This document shows positions 15,770-24,161 of a stretch of DNA of 33,540 nt, one piece after another. The stretch is from Klebsiella phage 4LV2017: sequence record KY271398.1. The stretch is one strand, 5' to 3'. The translations under genes and the position numbers were made by a program. The first letter of the stretch is position 1. Each line of letters begins with the position of its first letter. The notes beneath the pieces are model-generated. The model saw nothing but the letters and a program-made list of their open reading frames with translations, did no database searches and was not told where the DNA came from.

Positions 15770-15857
15770 TGTCGGTACAAATACCGCGCATTGTTTCACT
15801 GCCCTCATCACCGCAACCATAAGGCTCCAGTAAGTTTTTTCTAACGGAGCACGGCTC

Positions 15858-16691
15858 ATGACAGTGAAAGCAAAGCGTTTTCGCATCGGGGTGGAAGGTG
15901 CCACCACCGACGGACGCGAAATCCAGCGTGAATGGCTGGAACAGATGGCAGCCAGCTACAACCCGGCAGTGTATACCGCGCTGATTAACCTTGAGCACAT
16001 CAAGTCTTATCTGCCGGACAGCACCTTTAACCGCTACGGCAAGGTAACGGCGCTGTTTGCTGAAGAAATCACGGAAGGTCCGCTGGCAGGCAAGATGGCG
16101 CTGTATGCCGACGTTGAGCCAACGGAGTCCCTGGTGGAGCTGGTGAAAAAAGGCCAGAAATTATTCACTTCTATGGAAGTCAGCCCGAAGTTCGCTGATA
16201 CGGGCAAAGCCTACCTGGTTGGCCTGGCTGCCACTGATGATCCAGCCAGTCTGGGTACGGAAATGCTGACATTCAGCGCCAGTGCAGCCCATAACCCGCT
16301 GGCAAACCGCAAGCAGAATCCCGCCAATCTCTTTACCGCCGCAGAGGAAACGGTGATCGAACTGGAAGAAATCCAGGAGGACAAGCCGTCCCTGTTTGCC
16401 CGCGTCACGGCGCTGTTCACCAAAAAAGAGCAGTCCGACGATGCCCGGTTCTCTGATGTGCATAAGGCCGTGGAGCTGGTCGCCACTGAGCAGCAAAACC
16501 TGAGCGCACGCACCGAAAAATCCCTGTCTGAGCAGGAAGAACGCCTATCTGAGCTGGAGACAGCCCTGCAGGCACAACAGGCCGCCTTTAACGAACTGGT
16601 GGACAAGCTGAGCCATGAGGACTGCCGCCAGGACTACCGCCAGCGTGCAACAGGCGGTAACGCCCCCGCTGACACTCTGACCAATTGCTGA
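15858..16691 (+). CDS. O: Capsid scaffolding protein (P2 gpO family, 277 aa)
   Basis: MTVKAKRFRIGVEGATTDGREI... is the P2 gpO N-terminal protease/scaffold signature. Confidence 0.88.
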   Translation: MTVKAKRFRIGVEGATTDGREIQREWLEQMAASYNPAVYTALINLEHIKSYLPDSTFNRYGKVTALFAEEITEGPLAGKMALYADVEPTESLVELVKKGQKLFTSMEVSPKFADTGKAYLVGLAATDDPASLGTEMLTFSASAAHNPLANRKQNPANLFTAAEETVIELEEIQEDKPSLFARVTALFTKKEQSDDARFSDVHKAVELVATEQQNLSARTEKSLSEQEERLSELETALQAQQAAFNELVDKLSHEDCRQDYRQRATGGNAPADTLTNC

Positions 16692-16707
16692 TGGAGCATA
16701 AAACCCG

Positions 16708-17766
16708 ATGAAGAAGAATACCCGCTTTGCTTTTAACGCTTACCTGCAGCAGCTGGCGCGTCTGAACGGTGTGGCAGTTGAAGAACTGTCCAGCAAGTTC
16801 ACCGTGGAGCCGTCTGTACAGCAGACGCTGGAAGACCAGATCCAGCAGTCCGCCGCTTTCCTGACGCTGATTAACGTCACGCCAGTGACTGAGCAGTCCG
16901 GTCAGCTGCTGGGGCTGGGTGTTGGCAGCACCATTGCCGGAACCACTGACACCACCGCGAAAGAGCGTGAACCTGTCGATCCGACGCTGATGGTCGATGT
17001 GGAATACAAATGCGAACAGACCAACTTTGACACGGTGCTGACCTACGCGAAGCTGGACCTGTGGGCGAAGTTTCAGGATTTCCAGGTGCGTATCCGTAAC
17101 GCCATCGTGAAACGTCAGGCACTGGACCGCATCATGATCGGCTTTAACGGCGTGAAGCGTGCGAAAACCTCCAACCGTAGCGAAAACCCGCTGCTGCAGG
17201 ATGTGAACAAAGGCTGGCTGCAGAAAATCCGTGAGGATGCACCGGATCACGTCATGGGCAGCACCACCACGGGCGGTGAAACCACACCGGGTGCGGTGAA
17301 AGTCGGTAAAGGTGGCGAATATGCCAACCTGGACGCCGTGGTGATGGATGCCGTTAATGAGCTTATCGACGTGGTCTACCAGGACGATGACGATCTGGTG
17401 GTGATTTGCGGTCGTGAACTGCTGTCTGACAAGTATTTCCCGCTGGTCAACAAAGAGCAGGAAAACAGTGAAAAACTGGCAGCCGATATGATTATCAGTC
17501 AGAAACGCATGGGCGGTCTGCAGGCCGTGCGTGCGCCGTTCTTCCCGCCGAATGCGCTGCTGATCACCCGTCTGGATAACCTGTCCATCTACTGGCAGGA
17601 AGACACCCGCCGCCGTTCAGTTATCGACAACCCGAAACGTGACCGGATTGAAAACTTTGAATCTGTTAACGAAGCCTATGTGGTTGAGGACTACCGCTGC
17701 GCCGCACTGGTGGAAAACATCCAGATTGGCGATTTCAGCGCCGCCGCAGCAGAAGCCGGAGCGTAA
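16708..17766 (+). CDS. N: Major capsid protein (P2 gpN family, 352 aa)
   Basis: Position and size match, and the sequence is P2 gpN-like. Confidence 0.88.
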   Translation: MKKNTRFAFNAYLQQLARLNGVAVEELSSKFTVEPSVQQTLEDQIQQSAAFLTLINVTPVTEQSGQLLGLGVGSTIAGTTDTTAKEREPVDPTLMVDVEYKCEQTNFDTVLTYAKLDLWAKFQDFQVRIRNAIVKRQALDRIMIGFNGVKRAKTSNRSENPLLQDVNKGWLQKIREDAPDHVMGSTTTGGETTPGAVKVGKGGEYANLDAVVMDAVNELIDVVYQDDDDLVVICGRELLSDKYFPLVNKEQENSEKLAADMIISQKRMGGLQAVRAPFFPPNALLITRLDNLSIYWQEDTRRRSVIDNPKRDRIENFESVNEAYVVEDYRCAALVENIQIGDFSAAAAEAGA

Positions 17767-17769
17767 CCT

Positions 17770-18420
17770 ATGAGCCTGAGTCCCGCACGGCAGCATCGCC
17801 TGCGCGTTCAGGCTGAACAGGCCGCCCGTGAAGGCGGCAGTGTTCGCCACGCGTCGGGCTATGACCTGATGCTGCTGCAACTGGCGGAAGACCGCCGCCG
17901 TCTCAAGGGCGTTCAGTCCACGGTGAAAAAAGCGGAAATAAAGGTGGAGCTGCTGCCGAAATATGCCGCCTGGGCGGAGGGCGTCCTGGCTGCCGGAGGC
18001 GCTCAACAGGATGACGTGCTGATGTACGTGATGCTGTGGCGCATTGATGCCGGAGATTATGCCGGGGCGCTGGAGATCGGGCGTCATGCCCTGCGTCATG
18101 GCTGGGTGATGCCGCTGGGTAACCGCAACGTGCAGACCGTGCTGGCAGAGGAAATGGCAGATGCAGCCCAGAGCGCAATGCTTGCCGCCACCGGCTTTGA
18201 TGCCGATCTGTTGCTGCAGACGCTTGAGCTGACAGACGGTCTGGATATGCCGGACCAGTCACGGGCGCGTCTGCATAAAGCGATTGGCGCTGTCCTGAGT
18301 GAAAGCAATCCGGCTTCCGCCCTTAATCATCTCAACCATGCGTTACAGCTCGATCCCCGCTGTGGCGTGAAAAAAGACAAACAGCAGCTGGAGCGCAGAC
18401 TGCGCAATGACAGCCGCTGA
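17770..18420 (+). CDS. M: Terminase small subunit / endonuclease (P2 gpM family, 216 aa)
   Basis: Position after N and size match P2 gpM. Confidence 0.8.
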   Translation: MSLSPARQHRLRVQAEQAAREGGSVRHASGYDLMLLQLAEDRRRLKGVQSTVKKAEIKVELLPKYAAWAEGVLAAGGAQQDDVLMYVMLWRIDAGDYAGALEIGRHALRHGWVMPLGNRNVQTVLAEEMADAAQSAMLAATGFDADLLLQTLELTDGLDMPDQSRARLHKAIGAVLSESNPASALNHLNHALQLDPRCGVKKDKQQLERRLRNDSR

Positions 18421-18515
18421 CAGAACGTGCCCCCGCGCACGGGCGGCACGGGGTGGCGAAAGGCACCGCCACATCAAAACCCCGTCCACCGCCCTCTATT
18501 TCAGGAGAAAGCAGC

Positions 18516-18980
18516 ATGAAGTTTGTTGCGCCAGAACAGGCACCGGAACAGGCGGAAATCATCAGAAATACGCCGTTCTGGCCTGATGTGGACCTGTCGG
18601 AGTTTCGCAGCGTGATGCGCACTGACGGCACGGTGACGCAGCCGCGTTTAAAGCAGGTTGCGCTGTCGGCAATTTCGGAGGTCAACGCAGAGCTGTATGA
18701 GTTTCGCAGACGCCAGCAGATGCTGGGGTATGCCTCGCTGGCAGAGGTTCCGGCAGAACAGCTGGACGGGAAAAGTGAGCGCATTCAGCACTATTTCAAC
18801 GCGGTTTACTGCTGGGCACGCGCCATGCTCAACGAACGATACCAGGACTATGACGCCACGGCATCCGGTGTGAAGCGAGGCGAAGAACTGGCAGAAGCCA
18901 GCGGTGATTTGTGGCGTGACGCCCGCTGGGCCGTCAGCCGGGTGCAGGATGCGCCGCACTGCACAGTGGAGCTTATCTGA
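18516..18980 (+). CDS. L: Head completion/stabilisation protein (P2 gpL family, 154 aa from ATG 18516)
   Basis: RBS caggag and a P2 gpL-like sequence. Its stop overlaps the start of X. Confidence 0.8.
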   Translation: MKFVAPEQAPEQAEIIRNTPFWPDVDLSEFRSVMRTDGTVTQPRLKQVALSAISEVNAELYEFRRRQQMLGYASLAEVPAEQLDGKSERIQHYFNAVYCWARAMLNERYQDYDATASGVKRGEELAEASGDLWRDARWAVSRVQDAPHCTVELI

Positions 18981-19183
18981 TGAAAGTACGTGCGCATCAG
19001 TATGACACGGTGGACGCGCTTTGCTGGCGTCATTACGGGCGTACACAGGGTGTCACGGAGCAGGTACTGAAGGCAAATCCGGGGCTTGCCGAACACGGCC
19101 CCTTTTTACCTCACGGGCTGCAGGTGGAGCTGCCGGACATTCCGACCACCACCACCGTGCAGACCGTCCAGCTATGGGACTGA
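18980..19183 (+). CDS. X: Tail protein X (67 aa)
   Basis: MKVRAHQYDTVDALCWRHYGRTQGVTEQVLKANPGL is typical of P2 gpX. Confidence 0.85.
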   Translation: MKVRAHQYDTVDALCWRHYGRTQGVTEQVLKANPGLAEHGPFLPHGLQVELPDIPTTTTVQTVQLWD

Positions 19184-19186
19184 ATT

Positions 19187-19402
19187 ATGACGCTTGAGCG
19201 AATCAGCGCCTTTATCACGTATTGCATCGCCGTCGTGCTGGCCTGGCTGGGCGATTTGTCCATCAAGGATGCCTCAACGCTGGGGGGCCTGATGATTGGT
19301 GTGCTGATGCTGGCTATCAACTGGTACTACAAACACAAAACCTACCAGCTTCTGCGCGACGGGCAGATCTCGCGGGAGGATTATGAATCCATCAATCGTT
19401 AA
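19187..19402 (+). CDS. Y: Holin (71 aa, two hydrophobic segments)
   Basis: A small membrane protein directly upstream of the lysozyme. Confidence 0.7.
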   Translation: MTLERISAFITYCIAVVLAWLGDLSIKDASTLGGLMIGVLMLAINWYYKHKTYQLLRDGQISREDYESINR

Positions 19403-19895
19403 ACGCTGCCTTGTCGGGACCGTGCTGGCTATTGCTGCCACGCTGCCGGGTTTTCAGCAGCTTCACACCTCCGTGGAGGGACTGAAACTGATTGCCGATT
19501 ACGAAGGATGTCGTCTGCAGCCGTATCAGTGCAGCGCGGGTGTCTGGACCGACGGCATTGGTAATACGTCGGGCGTCATTCCCGGCAAAACCATTACGGA
19601 ACGACAGGCAGCAGAAGGGCTGATCTCCAACGTGCTACGTGTGGAGCGGGTGCTGGAAAGGTGTGTGAAGCAACAGCCGCCGCAGAAGGTGTATGACGCG
19701 GTGGTGTCGTTTGCCTTCAACGTGGGAACGGGCAATGCCTGCAGTTCCACGTTGGTGAAATTGCTCAACCAGCGGCGCTGGGCGGATGCGTGCCGACAGT
19801 TGCCGCGCTGGGTGTATGTAAAAGGTGTGTTTAATCAGGGGCTGGATAACCGCCGTGCGCGGGAGATGGCCTGGTGTTTACAGGGAGCAAACTGA
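19383..19895 (+). CDS. K: Endolysin, GH24 lysozyme-like, with a Gly/Ala-rich N-terminal hydrophobic segment (possible SAR endolysin)
   Basis: Lysozyme core LIADYEGCRLQPYQCSAGVWTDGIGNT (E...T catalytic spacing). N-terminus VGTVLAIAATLPGF. RBS gggagga. Confidence 0.8.
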   Translation: MNPSIVKRCLVGTVLAIAATLPGFQQLHTSVEGLKLIADYEGCRLQPYQCSAGVWTDGIGNTSGVIPGKTITERQAAEGLISNVLRVERVLERCVKQQPPQKVYDAVVSFAFNVGTGNACSSTLVKLLNQRRWADACRQLPRWVYVKGVFNQGLDNRRAREMAWCLQGAN

Positions 19896-19896
19896 A

Positions 19897-20274
19897 ATGA
19901 AAAAGAAATTAATCAGCGGACTGTTTCTGATGTTATGGATGGCGCTGTTAATCGCAGCAATGGTGTATCCGCAGGGGATTTTTCCGGTACTGGCAGCGTC
20001 CGGCGTTTGGGTAGCCTGTTTGCTGACATGGGCGGTAATTCCGGTAGCATTGGCTGCGTTAATTAAGAATGGCCCGCTCTGGCAGGAGTTAAGGGCATCT
20101 TTGCTGAAGACAATTACCCGAAAAGAAAACGTATTTATCAGTTGGGTGATGCGATTGCTGATTGTCGTAAGTCTCGCCTGGGCGGGGTGGGCTATTACCC
20201 TGGTCTTTTATCTGCTGACCGTTATTGCCTTCTGGATCACCCGTAATCAGATGGCGCAACAGGTAGCAGCATGA
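19897..20274 (+). CDS. lysA: LysA-like lysis-timing membrane protein (125 aa from ATG 19897)
   Basis: Multi-TM small protein located between the lysozyme and the spanin genes, as in P2. Confidence 0.7.
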   Translation: MKKKLISGLFLMLWMALLIAAMVYPQGIFPVLAASGVWVACLLTWAVIPVALAALIKNGPLWQELRASLLKTITRKENVFISWVMRLLIVVSLAWAGWAITLVFYLLTVIAFWITRNQMAQQVAA

Positions 20275-20699
20275 ACCGGTTGCTGCTGGTTGTGCTGGCG
20301 TTATTACTGGCGGCGCTGGGCTGGCAGACGTGGCGGCTGGCTGATGCCAGCCAGACCATTAGCACGCAGGCAGGCGAGCTGCAGGGCAAAAGCCAGGCAC
20401 TGGCAAAGAGCAACAGCCAGCTTATTAGCCTGTCCATTCTGACTGAAACCAATAACCGGGAGCAGGCGCGGCTCTATGCCGAAGCAGAACAGACCAGCGC
20501 GCTGCTGAGACAACGACAACACCGGATCGAGGAACTGAAACGTGAGAACGAGGATTTACGCCGCTGGGCTGATACTCCTTTGCCTGCTGACATTATCCGG
20601 CTGCGGGAACGTCCGGCACTCACCGGAGGTACGGCTTACCGTCAGTGGTTGTCCGCGAGTGACGCCGTGTCGGCTGGATCAGGCAACGCCGCGCACTAA
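20271..20699 (+). CDS. lysB: LysB, Rz-like inner-membrane spanin (142 aa)
   Basis: N-terminal TM segment LLLVVLALLLAALGW followed by a coiled-coil, Gln/Arg-rich periplasmic domain. Confidence 0.8.
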   Translation: MNRLLLVVLALLLAALGWQTWRLADASQTISTQAGELQGKSQALAKSNSQLISLSILTETNNREQARLYAEAEQTSALLRQRQHRIEELKRENEDLRRWADTPLPADIIRLRERPALTGGTAYRQWLSASDAVSAGSGNAAH

Positions 20700-20832
20700 T
20701 GGTGATCTGAACGCGTTGCTGGATGAAACGGAGGCCGCCTGGGCGGTCTGTGCAGACAAAGTGGACATGATTATTGCGTGTCAGGAGCGAAACAGTGAAC
20801 AAACCACAATCCCTGCGCCACGCCCTCAATAA
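20542..20832 (+). CDS. lysC: LysC, Rz1-like outer-membrane lipoprotein spanin, embedded in the +1 frame of lysB (96 aa, GTG start)
   Basis: Lipobox LLTLSG-C and a Pro-rich mature part. It overlaps the 3' end of lysB and the 5' end of R, as in P2. Confidence 0.55.
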   Translation: MRTRIYAAGLILLCLLTLSGCGNVRHSPEVRLTVSGCPRVTPCRLDQATPRTNGDLNALLDETEAAWAVCADKVDMIIACQERNSEQTTIPAPRPQ

Positions 20833-21226
20833 AGCGGTGCCTTATGTCCGCAATAACCCGGACAAACTGCATCTGTTTGTGGATAACGGTTCGCTGGTTG
20901 CCACGGGGGCCAGCTTCATGTCGTGGGAGTACCGTTACACCCTGAACGCGGTGATTGAGGATTTCAGCGGCGACCAGAATCTGCTGATGGCCCCGGTTTT
21001 GCTGTGGCTGAGGGATAACCAGCCCGATGCCATCAATAACCCGGCGTTACGGGAAAAATTATTCACCTTTGAGGTGGATATTCTGCGCAACGATGTCTGT
21101 GATATCAGCCTGAACCTGCAACTGACGGAGCGTGTGCTGGTCAGCACTGACGGCAGTGTGTCGAGCGTTGAAGCTGTAGCGGAGCCTGATGAACCTGAAG
21201 AAATGTGGACGGTGAAACGTGGCTGA
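20795..21226 (+). CDS. R: Tail completion protein R (143 aa from GTG 20795)
   Basis: Similar to P2 gpR (PDKLHLFVDNGSL...YRYTLNAVIEDFSGD...LLWLRDNQPD). RBS aggag 7 nt upstream of the GTG. Confidence 0.75.
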   Translation: MNKPQSLRHALNKAVPYVRNNPDKLHLFVDNGSLVATGASFMSWEYRYTLNAVIEDFSGDQNLLMAPVLLWLRDNQPDAINNPALREKLFTFEVDILRNDVCDISLNLQLTERVLVSTDGSVSSVEAVAEPDEPEEMWTVKRG

Positions 21227-21665
21227 ACTGCAGAAAGTGGACGACTGGCTGAGTGCCTTGCTGGCGAATCTGGAGCCAGCCGCCAGAAGCCGCATGATGC
21301 GCCAGCTGGCGCAGGAACTGCGCCGGACACAGCAGCAGAACATCAGGATGCAGCGCAACCCTGACGGCAGCAGTTATGAACCGCGACGGGTAACAGCACG
21401 CAGTAAAAAAGGCCGTATCAAACGACAGATGTTTACAAAACTTCGCACCACAAAATACCTGAAAACTGCCGCCAGCGCCGACTCTGCCAGCGTGCAGTTT
21501 GAAGGTAAGGTGCAGCGCATTGCCCGTGTTCACCATTACGGCCTGCGCGATCGCGTCAGTCGCAAAGGACCAGAGGTCCGTTACGCAGAGCGTCGCCTTC
21601 TGGGTGTAAATGATGATGTTGAGGCAATGACCCGCGACATTATTCTGCAATGGCTGGCGGGGTGA
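21219..21665 (+). CDS. S: Tail completion protein S (148 aa, GTG start)
   Basis: Position and size match P2 gpS. Confidence 0.75.
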   Translation: MAELQKVDDWLSALLANLEPAARSRMMRQLAQELRRTQQQNIRMQRNPDGSSYEPRRVTARSKKGRIKRQMFTKLRTTKYLKTAASADSASVQFEGKVQRIARVHHYGLRDRVSRKGPEVRYAERRLLGVNDDVEAMTRDIILQWLAG

Positions 21666-21669
21666 TCTT

Positions 21670-21687
21670 TGTATCAGCACTGATACA
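21670..21687. promoter_or_regulatory. Ogr-type late-promoter dyad TGT-N12-ACA (tgtatcagcactgataca) upstream of V
   Basis: Seen directly. A perfect dyad with an extended inner palindrome, about 55 bp before the V start. Confidence 0.6.
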
Positions 21688-21733
21688 AGTTGCAGCACTG
21701 CCGCCTTTCTTCCCCTGATGGCAACCTTTCCCT

Positions 21734-22312
21734 ATGAACGCACAATTAACCGAAATCATGCGCCTTATCACCAACCTGATCCGCACAGGGGTAGTCACCG
21801 AAGTGGACAGGGAAAACTGGCTTTGTCGGGTGAAAACGGGCGACCTTGAAACCAACTGGATTAACTGGCTGACGCTGCGCGCGGGTAATGCCCGCACATG
21901 GTGGAAACCATCGGAAGGTGAGCAGGTGGTGCTGTTGAGTCTGGGCGGCAATCTGGAGACTGCCTTTGCGCTGCCCGCTGTCTATTCGAATCAGTTCGCA
22001 CCACCGTCGAAGTCGGCGGACGCCTGCGTGACAGAACATCCTGACGGTGGTTGGTTTGAATACGAACCCGCCACCGGGCGCTGGTATGTCAGGGGCATCA
22101 AATCCATGGTCATTGAGGCTGTCGACAACATCACCATGAAAACCAGTGAGTTTGTACTGGAGGCTGACCGCACGCACATTAACAGCGAAGTGGTGATCAA
22201 TGGTGGCGTTACCCAGGGCGGCGGAGCGATGAGTTCTAACGGGATTGTGGTTGATACGCATCAGCATACTGGCGTCCTGAAAGGCGGCGACACAACCGGA
22301 GGTCCGGTATGA
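21734..22312 (+). CDS. V: Baseplate spike / assembly protein V (192 aa)
   Basis: MNAQLTEIMRLITNLIRTGVVTEVD...TWWKPSEGEQVVLLSLGGNLETAF parallels P2 gpV. Confidence 0.88.
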   Translation: MNAQLTEIMRLITNLIRTGVVTEVDRENWLCRVKTGDLETNWINWLTLRAGNARTWWKPSEGEQVVLLSLGGNLETAFALPAVYSNQFAPPSKSADACVTEHPDGGWFEYEPATGRWYVRGIKSMVIEAVDNITMKTSEFVLEADRTHINSEVVINGGVTQGGGAMSSNGIVVDTHQHTGVLKGGDTTGGPV

Positions 22313-22668
22313 CGCTTTATAGCGGGATGAACAATACCAGCGGCAAAGCCATTACTGATATTGACCATCTGCGCCAGTCGGTGCGGGACATTCTGCTGAC
22401 ACCGCAGGGTAGCCGTATTGCCCGTCGGGAATATGGTTCTCTGCTGTCGGCACTGATAGACCAGCCACAAAATCCGGCATTACGCCTGCAGGTCATGTCG
22501 GCAGTGTATGTGGCGCTGAGTCGCTGGGAGCCACGGCTGACGCTGGATTCCATCACCATTAACAGCAATTTTGACGGTTCAATGGTGGTGGAGCTGACCG
22601 GGCGGCGTAATAACGGTGTGCCTGTTTCCCTTTCCGTATCAACAGGAGCAGAGAATGGCAGTGATTGA
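22309..22668 (+). CDS. W: Baseplate wedge protein W (gp25/GPW family, 119 aa)
   Basis: Position and size match. The GPW motif is present (RDILLTPQGSRIARREYGS). Confidence 0.85.
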   Translation: MTLYSGMNNTSGKAITDIDHLRQSVRDILLTPQGSRIARREYGSLLSALIDQPQNPALRLQVMSAVYVALSRWEPRLTLDSITINSNFDGSMVVELTGRRNNGVPVSLSVSTGAENGSD

Positions 22669-23563
22669 CCTTTCGCAGTTGCCTGCGCCGCAGATTGTGG
22701 ATGTGCCGGACTTTGAGACGCTGCTTGCCGAACGCAAGGCCGAATTTGTGGCGCTTCATCCGAAAGATGAACAGGAGGCTGTGATGCGTACCCTGGAACT
22801 GGAATCTGAACCCGTCACCAAATTGTTGCAGGAGAACGCTTATCGTGAGTTGCTTCTGCGCCAGCGCATTAACGAAGCCGCGCAGGCGGTGATGGTGGCT
22901 TATGCCATAGGGAGCGATCTGGACCAGCTCGCTGCCAACTACAACGTGACACGCCTGACGGTGACGCCTGCTGATAATGATGCTGTGCCGCCCGTTGCAG
23001 CTGTGATGGAAAGCGATGAAGCGTTACGCCTGCGTGTGCCTGCAGCCTTTGAAGGGCTTTCTGTTGCGGGGCCAACTGCAGCTTATGAATTTCATGCCCG
23101 AAGCGCCGACGGTCGGGTGGCGGATGCCAGTGCAACCAGCCCGGCACCTGCAGAGGTGGTGCTGACTGTCCTTAGCCGCGAAGGCGATGGAACTGCAGAA
23201 AAAGACCTGCTGGACGTGGTGGAAAAAGCTCTGAACAGTGAGAACGTCCGCCCGGTGGCTGACCGTCTTACGGTTCGCAGCGCAGAAATCATCCCGTATC
23301 GCGTGGAAGCCACCATTTTTCTCTATCCGGGACCGGAAGCAGAGCCGGTAATGGCAGCGGCAAAAGCCAGTCTGCAGAAGTACATTGCCAGCCAGACGAG
23401 GCTTGGTCGGGATATTCGCCGTAGCGCCATCTTTGCTGCTCTGCATGTTGAGGGTGTTCAACGTGTGGAACTGGCTTCTCCGCTGGCGGATGTGGTCCTG
23501 AACAAAACACAGGCGGCATCATGTACGCAGTGGAGCGTAACCAACGGAGGAACGGATGAATAG
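22655..23563 (+). CDS. J: Baseplate assembly protein J (302 aa from ATG 22655)
   Basis: Same size as P2 gpJ. RBS aggagcagag. Overlaps the W stop. Confidence 0.85.
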   Translation: MAVIDLSQLPAPQIVDVPDFETLLAERKAEFVALHPKDEQEAVMRTLELESEPVTKLLQENAYRELLLRQRINEAAQAVMVAYAIGSDLDQLAANYNVTRLTVTPADNDAVPPVAAVMESDEALRLRVPAAFEGLSVAGPTAAYEFHARSADGRVADASATSPAPAEVVLTVLSREGDGTAEKDLLDVVEKALNSENVRPVADRLTVRSAEIIPYRVEATIFLYPGPEAEPVMAAAKASLQKYIASQTRLGRDIRRSAIFAALHVEGVQRVELASPLADVVLNKTQAASCTQWSVTNGGTDE

Positions 23564-24161
23564 TCTGCTGCCACCGGGTTCAACACCACTGGAGCGTAGG
23601 CTGGCGCAAACCTGCAGCGGGATTTCTGAACTGCAGGTGCCGCTGCGTGACTTGTGGAATCCGGCTACCTGTCCGGTCAGCTTCCTGCCTTATCTCGCCT
23701 GGGCGTTCTCTGTGGATCGCTGGGACGAGGGCTGGACAGAAAGCGTCAAGCGCCAGGTGGTGAAGGATGCTTTTTATATTCATCAGCATAAAGGGACCAC
23801 CAGTGCCGTGCGGCGGGTGGTGGAGCCGTTCGGCTTTCTGATCCGCATTATTGAGTGGTGGCAGACCGGAGAGGCACCGGGCACGTTTCGCCTGGATATC
23901 GGCGTGCAGGACCAGGGCATCACTGAAGATACCTATCTGGAACTTGAGCGACTGATAAGCGATGCCAAACCATGTAGCCGTCACATGATCGGCATGTCCA
24001 TCAATCTGCAGACCAGCGGCCCGCATTGGGTGGGAGCCGTCAGCTATCTTGGCGAAGAAATCACGATCTATCCGTATATCAACGAAACAATTATTTCCGG
24101 CGGCACCGCGCATGAAGGCGGGGCGGTCCATGTTATTGACACAATGAGAGTGAATCCATGA
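23556..24161 (+). CDS. I: Baseplate / tail formation protein I (201 aa)
   Basis: Position between J and H. P2 gpI-like. Confidence 0.8.
   Translation: MNSLLPPGSTPLERRLAQTCSGISELQVPLRDLWNPATCPVSFLPYLAWAFSVDRWDEGWTESVKRQVVKDAFYIHQHKGTTSAVRRVVEPFGFLIRIIEWWQTGEAPGTFRLDIGVQDQGITEDTYLELERLISDAKPCSRHMIGMSINLQTSGPHWVGAVSYLGEEITIYPYINETIISGGTAHEGGAVHVIDTMRVNP

Noticed and set aside
15770-15857. A second Ogr dyad for the leftward P promoter
   Set aside because: The best candidate (TGTttcactgccctcATC) has two mismatches in the ACA arm, so it is not reported as a feature.
16588-17250. 220-aa minus-strand ORF across the O/N genes
   Set aside because: It is antisense to the scaffold and capsid genes with no translation signals, so it is spurious.
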